Of a DNA stretch of 64,000 bases, positions 46,501-54,157 are shown in pieces. Position numbers and translations under genes: made by a program. Source of the stretch: a virus; the IMG/VR virus record IMGVR_UViG_3300042923_000524, positions 1 to 64,000 of that record; one strand, given 5' to 3'. The notes beneath the pieces are model-generated. The model was not told the DNA's origin and did no database searches. It saw only the letters and a program-made list of their open reading frames with translations. Numbering within the stretch: the first letter of the stretch is position 1; every line of letters begins with the position of its first letter.

Positions 46501-47269
46501 CTTCATTGGTTATTTTTGCATATTTAGTAGCAGTTTCAGTTCTATTCATAACCTCTTCTTGAGTTAGACCTTGTCTGTAAAACTCAACTGATGCCTTGGT
46601 TATATCTTGTGTTCCAACACCCATGATTTTAGCTAATTGATTATATTCTCTACCAAGCCTTTCTACTGAATCGGCAGTTTTGCCAGTAACTATACGAATT
46701 TCATTAAGGCTATTAGATAATTCATAAACAAACTTAACGCCTTCTCTAAATTTCTTTATACTTCCGTAAATTACTTGAGTCGCAATTGCCCACTCTGCAA
46801 TCCTCTTTAAAGCGATTCCAACGTCTTTAGAAAATGTATTATTTTCTCTATTTGTTTGCCTTATTTGTCTACCAGTCAATTCCATGTTTCCATTTAATTT
46901 ATTAATAGTACCAGAATATGTAACTATCTGATTTTGTCCATTATTTAAAGACTGAGTAAAATTTTCAAAATTTTTACCAACTTCTTTGGTTGAATATCCA
47001 ATTATCTTCATACCTTTATCAATAGGTGTTTTAGACAAATCAAATTTGCCTAATGCATTTAAATTATCTTGAACCTTTAACAATTCATTAGAAATTTCTT
47101 TAACCTGTGTTTTACCACTAGACAAACCAGAGTTTGAACCAGAACCACTTCCACCCATATTAAGTGGAATATTTACTTTAGTTTTATTTAATTTATTTAT
47201 TATTCCATCAAGTTCTTTATATGACTGTTTATAATCAAATAAGACTTTTATTCCTAATTTATCTGCCAA
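43589..47269 (-). CDS. Tape measure protein (TP901-core type)
   Basis: 1226 aa, helical; EIRIVTG...AK.MG..T.DI..A..F.RQG...A..ESIG..MK...RF core, central TM-like segment. Confidence 0.9.
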   Translation of the reverse strand: MADKLGIKVLFDYKQSYKELDGIINKLNKTKVNIPLNMGGSGSGSNSGLSSGKTQVKEISNELLKVQDNLNALGKFDLSKTPIDKGMKIIGYSTKEVGKNFENFTQSLNNGQNQIVTYSGTINKLNGNMELTGRQIRQTNRENNTFSKDVGIALKRIAEWAIATQVIYGSIKKFREGVKFVYELSNSLNEIRIVTGKTADSVERLGREYNQLAKIMGVGTQDITKASVEFYRQGLTQEEVMNRTETATKYAKITNEDFTQSAEILTAVVNSMGVDIERASDVMTFLGDATATSGAEIGRAMQKVAGSAGALNIPFEKITSYIAVISSKTRESAESIGTSMKALLARFQNLTETGWNEEDETRINDVAKALKAVNISLTDGEGQIRRFDLVVEQLGTKWDGLDTNTKAYLATTLAGARQQSRFYNLMDGLTEATTLYNKALQATGTTNEKFGIYLESNESKANKLKATWEELFLNTFNSEQIGKFIEMGIGLVQFSDGVGLVNIAIIALSATIIIFSNNIVKSLVAVQNFIKGIATMNWTLAAINPVVSGLALAIGGLIIAFNLYKKHQQKMYDNAIKNAKAFSDESTEADKLMKSISDLANKESLSVDEKTRMGRVTAELQKMYPSVFANLDMEKIKYEDLASAVKLATDEKRREALQDIENEKTKLKAQINNVERETFSSGFAGVITPAKEKATIDRINGLKQKLSELNAMSAEVMLGGSSSGDIESNRLKYGSTTTKTPNASGVRGGGDKADSEKPYQSLYNTIRDLNFELSKQQEILSQTEDSDQIPILKKRNEMLEQQQDNLHKLNVARNKELATLKVGSDRHQELTDMIQSTSLEWWKLESAIDANLNVMDDFAKKAEELETKTLEEQTKNLEDVQKQIVEIIKKRYELELDEADKAHKKKLDKLDKELDKYKSNIQEQIDAIDKLRDAEDFSKNQNKITGNISTLTNERNTLAMAASSGDLVAINRIKEIDKELSENRENLLDLQQDREDELRKQALQNSLDEKEQKIKNAKEAEEKRFEIIKTNYEKLLQEGNLYTEANKTLTTGMVTDINGKLVTVQEAFVTFSNTFGETLGVLGGNLQSEFVGKLEKAKALLDSMGSININTTGSFPQYANGTKDAIGGMSIVGENGAELINLPKHSQVFPADITQKILSGFNNFMPNLSMPKIPSMAGVGGSGNLNFGNINIYAQNVDNDSIGDITNKIMHNIKREYSKLGGGWKP

Positions 47270-47316
47270 AATATCACTCCTTTCAAAAGAGTATAGGACA
47301 ATATTAATTCCTTAAA

Positions 47317-47790
47317 TTACAATACTGTACTATCTATGCCTAATTTTTTTAAATGTTTTTTCATTACGTGTGGAATTACGTTTTCTTGAATTAATTCTTC
47401 TTTAGAATTACTCATATATGGTCTTTCATCTAAATAAGCATAGTCATCACCCCATAATGGATGTATTTGACCATGCTCAATCCAACTAGCAACTGCATTT
47501 CCACTCACTTTGTCTCCACTAACAACGCTATAATAATTCATTTTAGACTCATCATGTTCAACTATTAATCCAACGCCATTTGACGTTTCAAATGTTTTAC
47601 CAACCAAACTATTTTCTAAATAATGTTTTCTTTCATATTCTTCAGGATTAGGATAAACATCATAAACATCTGAATCTATATGTTCTTTTATAGTTGTTAT
47701 TATTTCATTTTTTACATTTTCTTTAACAACTGATTTTAAAGACTCGTCTATATATTTTTTTAAACCTTTTAAATTATCAAAGGTTGGCAT
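47317..47790 (-). CDS. Pre-TMP conserved virion/tail assembly protein
   Basis: Position upstream of the TMP; DVY..Y..P..Y.R motif. Confidence 0.5.
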   Translation of the reverse strand: MPTFDNLKGLKKYIDESLKSVVKENVKNEIITTIKEHIDSDVYDVYPNPEEYERKHYLENSLVGKTFETSNGVGLIVEHDESKMNYYSVVSGDKVSGNAVASWIEHGQIHPLWGDDYAYLDERPYMSNSKEELIQENVIPHVMKKHLKKLGIDSTVL

Positions 47791-47803
47791 AATACCACCT
47801 TCC

Positions 47804-48313
47804 TTATTGCAAATTATTTAGTTTTATTTGTGCTTCATCAATTTGTCTTTGACATTCATTTTTTATTTGTTCTTTCTCTTTTTCTATATTAATTTGTTCT
47901 AATTCTATTTCATTATTTTTATATATTTCACTTGATTTATCTATTAAATCATTTAGAATATTAACTTTTTCTTCGGGAATATTTGTTATTTTATTTATTT
48001 CCATTGCATAATCAGTAGCAATTTCAAATATTATTGATTCAATTTCAGACATTACATTTTGAAACATTGAATTATAATACTTATAAAAAGTATCATCCAT
48101 TTCACAATCTATATTTATATTAGTTAATTCACCTAATAATCTTAACATTAATCCATCATTAACTTGATTCTCTTGAATACATACTTTTATCTCAAAAGCC
48201 TGTTCTTTTGTTGGATTATAAACTTCTATATTATCTATAAATTCATCAGCTAAATACAAAGGTATAGTAACCCTTATTTTATCTGCTTTTAATTGACTTA
48301 GATTTATACCCAT
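47804..48313 (-). CDS. Probable tail assembly chaperone
   Basis: Acidic helical 169-aa protein two genes upstream of the TMP. Confidence 0.4.
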   Translation of the reverse strand: MGINLSQLKADKIRVTIPLYLADEFIDNIEVYNPTKEQAFEIKVCIQENQVNDGLMLRLLGELTNINIDCEMDDTFYKYYNSMFQNVMSEIESIIFEIATDYAMEINKITNIPEEKVNILNDLIDKSSEIYKNNEIELEQINIEKEKEQIKNECQRQIDEAQIKLNNLQ

Positions 48314-48343
48314 TAATTAATTTCCTCCTTTAATTCTTTGCAA

Positions 48344-48377
48344 TAAAAAAAGAAACAAGATTTAACTTGCTTCTTTT
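48344..48377. terminator. Bidirectional terminator after the lipoprotein moron
   Basis: AAAGAAACAAG-atttaa-CTTGCTTCTTT with A/T tracts on both sides. Confidence 0.65.
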
Positions 48378-48390
48378 GATTAATTGTATT

Positions 48391-48897
48391 TTATTTTGTA
48401 CTCACTTTACTTACAAATATATTTGCCCTATGATAGTCTTTGCTATCTTTATGCATTATTTCAAATTCTTTTTGATTTCCAACTTTGAGTAACTCTCCAG
48501 AATTGGTGTAATCAGAATCAATAACGTTTCCTGCTTTATCAGAGTATTCTACAGTAATTTCAAAATAATCCATATCTTTATCACTCATATTTTTAACTCT
48601 ACCCCTTATATATGAATAATTTCCTTCAACCGTCCAAGTCCAGTTGTCTAGTATTTTAAGTTGATATTTATACATTTCATCTTGTTCTTCTTTAAAAGCC
48701 ATCAACCAACTACTTGCTTTTAAGGTATCATCTTTGTATAATTCTACAACCTTTTGTTTCGTTGCTTCCATATCACCTTTTTTATAAGTGTCTAATATAA
48801 TTTTATCTTTTTGTTCTACTGATAATTCATAGGAACACGCAACAAATGATAGCATTAATACCATTATTAAAATTAAGAGAAATGTGACTTTTTTCAT
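48391..48897 (-). CDS. Moron: FxLYD-like domain lipoprotein
   Basis: Signal peptide with lipobox-like FVAC; I.GRVKN.SDK..Y..I...Y.DK.GNVID...L..G...FEI. Confidence 0.7.
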   Translation of the reverse strand: MKKVTFLLILIMVLMLSFVACSYELSVEQKDKIILDTYKKGDMEATKQKVVELYKDDTLKASSWLMAFKEEQDEMYKYQLKILDNWTWTVEGNYSYIRGRVKNMSDKDMDYFEITVEYSDKAGNVIDSDYTNSGELLKVGNQKEFEIMHKDSKDYHRANIFVSKVSTK

Positions 48898-48939
48898 AAA
48901 TACCCTCCTTCATTTTAAACAAATACCACAATTATATAA

Positions 48940-48968
48940 ATTATAATATATAATGGAAAAATTTTCAA
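48940..48968 (-). promoter_or_regulatory. Sigma-A promoter of the lipoprotein moron
   Basis: Minus strand TTGAAA-17bp-TATAAT. Confidence 0.65.
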
Positions 48969-49010
48969 TTGTGATAGTTGTTATGTATAGGGAGGGTATA
49001 GATTAGTTAT

Positions 49011-50333
49011 TTATATATTTAATTCTTTTTGTAGTATAGTTTCAATATTATCAAAATTCCAATATGGTATTCTAATTAGTTTTATATTATTATTTTCACA
49101 ATATTCATTTTTTATTTTGTCATGTATTTGTACTATTTCAGAACCGTCATTTGGGTATAATTTTTCATAATGAAATATTCCATCAAATTCAATCAATTTT
49201 ATCAAATCATTTCTTTCTAAGTCTTTAAATATCGCAAAATCATATCTTAATAAACCACCACCAATACCATTTAAATCTTTAAAAGTATATTCTGATTTAA
49301 ATGGAATATTGAATTTCGATAGAACTTCTGAAATCTTTTTTTCTCCTTGAGACTTATTGCATTCTGGACATCTTATTCCACGTTTAAAGTTACTAAATCT
49401 CATTTCAAAGATATGACCATCAGGACACTTTAATTTTAATTTAGTTGCGGAATTTTTATATTTATTAGATATTAAAAAGTAATTAAATGATTCAATATAT
49501 TCCTTTACTTCAATATACGAAAATGCCTTTAATGCACGAATTTTTTCGCCTTTGCATTTTGGACATCTTTGCCCATTTAAAAATGAAGATGGACTCATTT
49601 TAAAAACACACCCACATTTTAAATGTTTAATTTTAACTTTTTCAACTGCTTTGATATATTCACTTAGTAATTCATATTCACCATTCGTCAAATTTTTAAC
49701 TTCATCATTAAACTGTTTCGTGTCTCTATTATGCCCTGAACAAAAACTACATCTACAACCTCTTTTAAATGCTACAAATGTTGTTTCAAAAATATGCTCT
49801 TTAGGACATTGTAATTTTAAAAGTTGATTACAATTATTAAACTCATTTGTAATTAATTTATAACCTATATTTTTCTCTATAAAATCTTTTACATAATTGT
49901 AATCTAATTTCAACTTCTCCCCTGTGTTTTTGCGACCACATATATTACATTGTCGTTTATTGTTATATTTAAAATCTGCAAATCTTGTTTTAAATATATT
50001 TCCACATTGACATTGAATTTCTATATAATTGTAAATACCTTCATATGTTCTTGATAATAATTCACACCCACAGTTAGATTCTATTTCTATAAATCTTTTA
50101 ACAATATCAATATTATATTCTGAAATACCTGAACATTTATTACATTGCTTTTTATTTCTATTTTTAAATTTTTCATATGGTACATTAAAAAATTCGCCAC
50201 ATGCACATTGAACAACTAGTTTTGTAGTGTTGTTTTTATATTCTTCGCTAATTAATTTACAACCATTGCCTTCGTCGCCTTCTATAAAATTTTTAACTTT
50301 TTCATATGTAAGTTTATCTCGCTTAACCGCCAT
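49011..50333 (-). CDS. Zn-ribbon repeat + Vsr/DUF2726-like endonuclease (free-standing HEG)
   Basis: About five C..GH.F...F..G.RC..C repeats; SQGE..I, LRYDFAI, LIEFDGIFH, IPYW. Confidence 0.75.
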   Translation of the reverse strand: MAVKRDKLTYEKVKNFIEGDEGNGCKLISEEYKNNTTKLVVQCACGEFFNVPYEKFKNRNKKQCNKCSGISEYNIDIVKRFIEIESNCGCELLSRTYEGIYNYIEIQCQCGNIFKTRFADFKYNNKRQCNICGRKNTGEKLKLDYNYVKDFIEKNIGYKLITNEFNNCNQLLKLQCPKEHIFETTFVAFKRGCRCSFCSGHNRDTKQFNDEVKNLTNGEYELLSEYIKAVEKVKIKHLKCGCVFKMSPSSFLNGQRCPKCKGEKIRALKAFSYIEVKEYIESFNYFLISNKYKNSATKLKLKCPDGHIFEMRFSNFKRGIRCPECNKSQGEKKISEVLSKFNIPFKSEYTFKDLNGIGGGLLRYDFAIFKDLERNDLIKLIEFDGIFHYEKLYPNDGSEIVQIHDKIKNEYCENNNIKLIRIPYWNFDNIETILQKELNI

Positions 50334-50390
50334 TTTAAACACTCCTTGTTTTAAATAATTTTATATATTTTATACTCCTTATAATTACAC

Positions 50391-50460
50391 CATAGGGAAG
50401 GCAAGGAGACACCTTATCAATTAATATAAGTTTCGAACCCTATATTAATCTATCCCTATG
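50391..50460 (-). ncRNA. Putative structured cis-regulatory leader RNA
   Basis: Outer stem CATAGGGA/TCCCTATG enclosing two hairpins; second loop TCTCCTT is complementary to the downstream AAGGAG RBS. Confidence 0.45.
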
Positions 50461-50539
50461 AAAATTTAATATCTATTTATTGATTTTATTTACTGTTAAG
50501 TATATAATCTAATTAACCGAACATATTTTCTATTTTATT

Positions 50540-50568
50540 AAGTATCTGAAAAGATACTTTTTCTTTTT
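50540..50568 (+). terminator. Plus-strand intrinsic terminator
   Basis: AAGTATCT-GAAA-AGATACTT-TTTCTTTTT. Confidence 0.6.
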
Positions 50569-50857
50569 AATAATTATATTTCTCCAGTTCGTCATTTATA
50601 AAAGTATCTATATCCATCTTATTAGCTTTTAATTCTAATTCTCCAATCTTTCTATCCACAACATCACTTAAAAACATTTCCTTTGTTCTGCTCAACGCTC
50701 CACCTTCTCGTCCCTTAGTCCATCCATATGTTAAAATTTCATCGAAGGTAAGATTTAGTTTATCTCTCCAATAGTAATCTGCATATTGTAGGCTTTGGTC
50801 AATCTCAAGGTTTCTCTCATTAATTCTTTCTAATCTTTGTCTTGTCATTTCATCCAT
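50567..50857 (-). CDS. Hypothetical protein with its own promoter
   Basis: AAGGGAG RBS before ATG 50857. Confidence 0.6.
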   Translation of the reverse strand: MDEMTRQRLERINERNLEIDQSLQYADYYWRDKLNLTFDEILTYGWTKGREGGALSRTKEMFLSDVVDRKIGELELKANKMDIDTFINDELEKYNY

Positions 50858-50924
50858 TTTCAAAACTCCCTTTCATATTTACTTATTTTAGCTATTTGGA
50901 ATTTATTTCCCTTTTCCTAATATA

Positions 50925-50953
50925 AGTATATGCTAGGTTGCGGAAAATGTCAA
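50925..50953 (-). promoter_or_regulatory. Sigma-A promoter
   Basis: Minus strand TTGACA-17bp-TATACT. Confidence 0.75.
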
Positions 50954-50989
50954 CAATATTATTGAAATAAAATGTAAATATTTTTATTG

Positions 50990-51301
50990 TCATTTTACCT
51001 TATAATCAAACAAATCATCAAACTGACAGCCTAGTAATATTATTAATTTAATTAAGATTTCCAAAGTAATATTATTAGCTCTACAAATAGCATCAAGTCT
51101 CTGTCTGCTTACCCCTAACTTTTTAGCTATAAGTCCTTTAGATACACCTGTGCGTTTTTTATAATCATCTAGTTGAAGTCCTATATTGTTTGTTATCTCT
51201 ATTTCAATAGGCTGTTCATAGTTAACTTTAGTTTCTTGAATAAAGTCATTTACTATTTTAGCTAAACCTTGTTCGTAATCTTTTATATCTTTATCTCCCA
51301 T
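50990..51301 (-). CDS. XRE/Cro-type HTH regulator
   Basis: L..YKKRTGVSKGLIAKKLGVSRQRLDAI...ITLE.LIKL..LLGCQFDDLF. Confidence 0.85.
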   Translation of the reverse strand: MGDKDIKDYEQGLAKIVNDFIQETKVNYEQPIEIEITNNIGLQLDDYKKRTGVSKGLIAKKLGVSRQRLDAICRANNITLEILIKLIILLGCQFDDLFDYKVK

Positions 51302-51487
51302 ATCACACAATCCTCTCAATCATCTTCTTATCATATTCATATTATATCATTATTAATATGTATTTGTTAACATGAGAGATTGTTATTTATTAGGATTATT
51401 TACGTTGTTTATAAGTATATTACAAATGTGCATGACTTATTCATATTATTTTATAAATTTTATATTTATTTTTAAATCATTAATATG

Positions 51488-51515
51488 ATTATAATACATT
51501 AGAAAATATTGTCAA
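51488..51515 (-). promoter_or_regulatory. Sigma-A promoter of the HTH gene
   Basis: Minus strand TTGACA-16bp-TATAAT. Confidence 0.75.
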
Positions 51516-51543
51516 GCATTATTTTTAGATTTTATATTAGTTA

Positions 51544-52572
51544 TTATAAGTCACTCAATCCTTTTTTCTCTACTTCCTTCATGCCATTTTCATCAAAGTA
51601 TTTGCCCAGTTCTTCATCAACTTCAGTATCATTATAAATTGACACCATATCTGTTGACTCCCAACCTACTATACTTTTTATAACTTCCGCAGGAATATTA
51701 TTTTTACACATCTCAGTAGTATAGAAATGTCTTAAACTATGCCAGTAAAAATCAACACCTAATATTTGTGAGAACGTCATTGCATAACTATCTAATAAAG
51801 TTGTGTCTGCTGGCTTATTTGATTTACCATATGAACTCCAAAACAACTCTTCACCTATAATTCCTAATTCTTCTCTTTGTTTCATCCACAAATCAAAATA
51901 GGGTTTAAATTTACCAACTATAATATATTTAAAAATTAACTTACCCTTAGAACTTCTGCCTTTAGTTTTTATCTTTTCTGGTGTTTTATATAAAGAACCA
52001 TACATAATATTTTCATCTTTAAAATAACTTACTTTAAATCTAAGCAATTCTGATTTTCTAGCTCCACTTGCGACCCCTAAAGCAAAAGCACAAGCTTGTT
52101 GATATTTCTTATTTTCCATAAGATAATCTAATAAAAATTGCACTTGCTCATCTGTTAAAACAGTCTTTTCTCTTACTGCTTGTTTAACTGGTGCTGGGAC
52201 TTTATTGATTATATTTCTGAAAGCAGGATATAAATCATCCATCATTGACTCTATAAAATTTGACATACTGCTTATAGAAGACTTTAATCTTCTTATTCTA
52301 CTAGAACTATGTTTCAACTCATTTAATAAATAATTTTGGTATTTCATTATATCTCTTTTATTTACCTCATAAAATATCTTATTATTATTCTTTTGTAGAT
52401 TCCAGACATAAAAAATCCTAATATCATCGTGATATGATTCAATTGTTCTAGGACTCTTATCAACCGATTGAAGATACTCTATAAAATCGTTAAGTAAATC
52501 TTTATTCTCTTGACAAACTTTACTATATAATTCCTCGGTTACTATATTATTATATATTGATGCTCTTGCCAT
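51544..52572 (-). CDS. Xer/Cre-like tyrosine recombinase (core-binding + catalytic domains, no arm-binding domain)
   Basis: KSPRTIESY..DI..F core-binding domain; catalytic set intact: GARKSEL, KTKG, HSLRH, VGW, SIYN. Confidence 0.9.
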   Translation of the reverse strand: MARASIYNNIVTEELYSKVCQENKDLLNDFIEYLQSVDKSPRTIESYHDDIRIFYVWNLQKNNNKIFYEVNKRDIMKYQNYLLNELKHSSSRIRRLKSSISSMSNFIESMMDDLYPAFRNIINKVPAPVKQAVREKTVLTDEQVQFLLDYLMENKKYQQACAFALGVASGARKSELLRFKVSYFKDENIMYGSLYKTPEKIKTKGRSSKGKLIFKYIIVGKFKPYFDLWMKQREELGIIGEELFWSSYGKSNKPADTTLLDSYAMTFSQILGVDFYWHSLRHFYTTEMCKNNIPAEVIKSIVGWESTDMVSIYNDTEVDEELGKYFDENGMKEVEKKGLSDL

Positions 52573-52642
52573 TTAATTTCACTCCTTATGTATTTTTATA
52601 TTATTTATTTATATATCAAACATTTCTGTTTATTTCCAAACT

Positions 52643-52668
52643 AAAAGAGAGTATCTTACAACTCCCTT
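52643..52668 (-). terminator. Terminator upstream of the recombinase gene
   Basis: Minus strand AAGGGAGT-tgtaagat-ACTCTCTT-TT. Confidence 0.5.
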
Positions 52669-52852
52669 ATTTTCCACGTTTACAAACGCATCCCAAGCCT
52701 TTTCCTTTTGCCAACTTAATTTTGTAATTAGCAAATTCCTTGCAATCATCTTTGTCTTTACATTTCTCACAATGTGAACTATCGTAAATTTTATACTCTT
52801 TACGCTTTTCTCTGGTATCTGGATTATTCTTACTTGATTTCTTAGTTGCCAT
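52667..52852 (-). CDS. Basic Cys-rich miniprotein (61 aa)
   Basis: HCEKCKDKDDC...GCVC; AGGAAG RBS. Confidence 0.6.
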   Translation of the reverse strand: MATKKSSKNNPDTREKRKEYKIYDSSHCEKCKDKDDCKEFANYKIKLAKGKGLGCVCKRGK

Positions 52853-53008
52853 AACTTTCACTTCCTAAATTTATTGCTTATATTTAACACTCAAATGCTT
52901 CTGTGAGTGATTATATTAAAGTTTGGTAAATGTTTATGTGTTTTAGGTATAAACTATTACTAACCTTAAAACTTAAATTAAACGCACGTTATTTGTGTTT
53001 GGACTAAC

Positions 53009-53036
53009 TTTAAACCAAACCAAAATTTGGTTGAAA
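53009..53036. repeat. Most symmetric copy of the 11-6-11 site
   Basis: TTTAAACCAAA-CCAAAA-TTTGGTTGAAA; arms 10/11 self-complementary. Confidence 0.75.
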
Positions 53037-53057
53037 CAATATTAAAAAATAGTAAAA

Positions 53058-53107
53058 AATAAGAGAAAGGCACGAGCCTTTTGAGCATCAGCAACCTTTC
53101 TCTTATT
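53058..53107 (-). terminator. Large-loop hairpin/terminator closing the major-tail operon
   Basis: 13-bp perfect stem AATAAGAGAAAGG/CCTTTCTCTTATT around 24 nt; T tract follows on the minus strand. Confidence 0.6.
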
Positions 53108-53117
53108 GTTGTTTTAT

Positions 53118-53312
53118 TTAGTTTTCGTCTTGTATAACTTCAGCCTTTTTATTATGTTTTTTAGGTTCTAAATCAGTCCATTCAAAGTCAATGGGTTCAA
53201 ACAAAACCTTTATCTTATCTAAACTTAATTCTTTCTTCAGTTCTTCTAAATTATAAGTTTGACTAATACTATACTTCATTGCAGATGGATGATTATATTT
53301 TAAATATTTCAC
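53118..53312 (-). CDS. Hypothetical tail-region protein (64 aa)
   Basis: Directly after the major tail gene. Confidence 0.55.
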   Translation of the reverse strand: MKYLKYNHPSAMKYSISQTYNLEELKKELSLDKIKVLFEPIDFEWTDLEPKKHNKKAEVIQDEN

Positions 53313-53329
53313 TCAATTCACGTCCAATC

Positions 53330-54127
53330 TTAAACAGCCTCATCATTTAATTTGACGATATCTACAAATTCTCTTTCTACACTTGCGTTAAGAATTGTAT
53401 AGCAATCACAATCAAACGCCAGCTCTGTTGCTGAATCTGAAGCCATTGTTAATTCAAATTCTGGCTTTACTTTAGCTTTGTGAACTTTAAATGTTACAGG
53501 TACTTTTAAACCAGTTACATCATCATCAACTAAACCCCTACCAGTAATTGTAATAAATGAAGGGAAGTCTGCTGCTGTTATTTTTATATTCTCTGCTGCT
53601 GTACCTGAAGTATAATCATAAAATGCTATAAATTTAGTATTCTCTGGGGCAGTTGTTGCATTTAGAGTAACTTCTGCACCAGTTATACTATATTCATTTA
53701 CTGTTGTTGCAGGAGTTCCAACTGTTTGTTCTATACCTAAATCTCTCTCACCACTAAGTTTATAAATCTTTAAAGTACCTGCTAATGGTGTTTTAGAAAG
53801 AGTTATTGTGTTTGTTGCACTTGCTGATAAAATATCTTTCTTTGGGGTAGAAACCGCACCAGTTGTCACATCTCTTCCGAGTTTTACAGCCAATGCTTTA
53901 ATGTCAACAAGTGGTAAAACTGAATTGAACATACAATCCTTAGTGTGGTCGAGGTCTAGTAGCTTGTAATTCCCCTGTCCCCCTCGAATTGGAAGTCTTT
54001 CAGCAGTTGTTTGTACTGTGGAACTTTTGGCATAGTCTACAGAAAATAAAAAATCACCATATCCAGAAGCTGCATATTCCGATACATTATAATCTAAAAC
54101 TTCTTTTATTACGAAAGTATTGCTCAT
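53330..54127 (-). CDS. Major tail (tube) protein
   Basis: Strong RBS; beta-rich; FTVKEV-like start, G/T/A-rich, F.L.M......L.FDCD end; follows the head-tail genes. Confidence 0.75.
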   Translation of the reverse strand: MSNTFVIKEVLDYNVSEYAASGYGDFLFSVDYAKSSTVQTTAERLPIRGGQGNYKLLDLDHTKDCMFNSVLPLVDIKALAVKLGRDVTTGAVSTPKKDILSASATNTITLSKTPLAGTLKIYKLSGERDLGIEQTVGTPATTVNEYSITGAEVTLNATTAPENTKFIAFYDYTSGTAAENIKITAADFPSFITITGRGLVDDDVTGLKVPVTFKVHKAKVKPEFELTMASDSATELAFDCDCYTILNASVEREFVDIVKLNDEAV

Positions 54128-54157
54128 GTAATATTCCTCCTTAAAATTTTATATTGG

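Noticed and set aside
47317-48313. Programmed -1 frameshift tail chaperone pair
   Set aside because: The two pre-TMP ORFs are separated by a stop and the second has its own RBS; I found no convincing slippery site at the junction.
50391-53107. Hammerhead ribozyme in the structured elements (UUGAUAA/GAAA; CUGAUGC)
   Set aside because: The CUGANGA...GAAA core is incomplete and in the wrong order.
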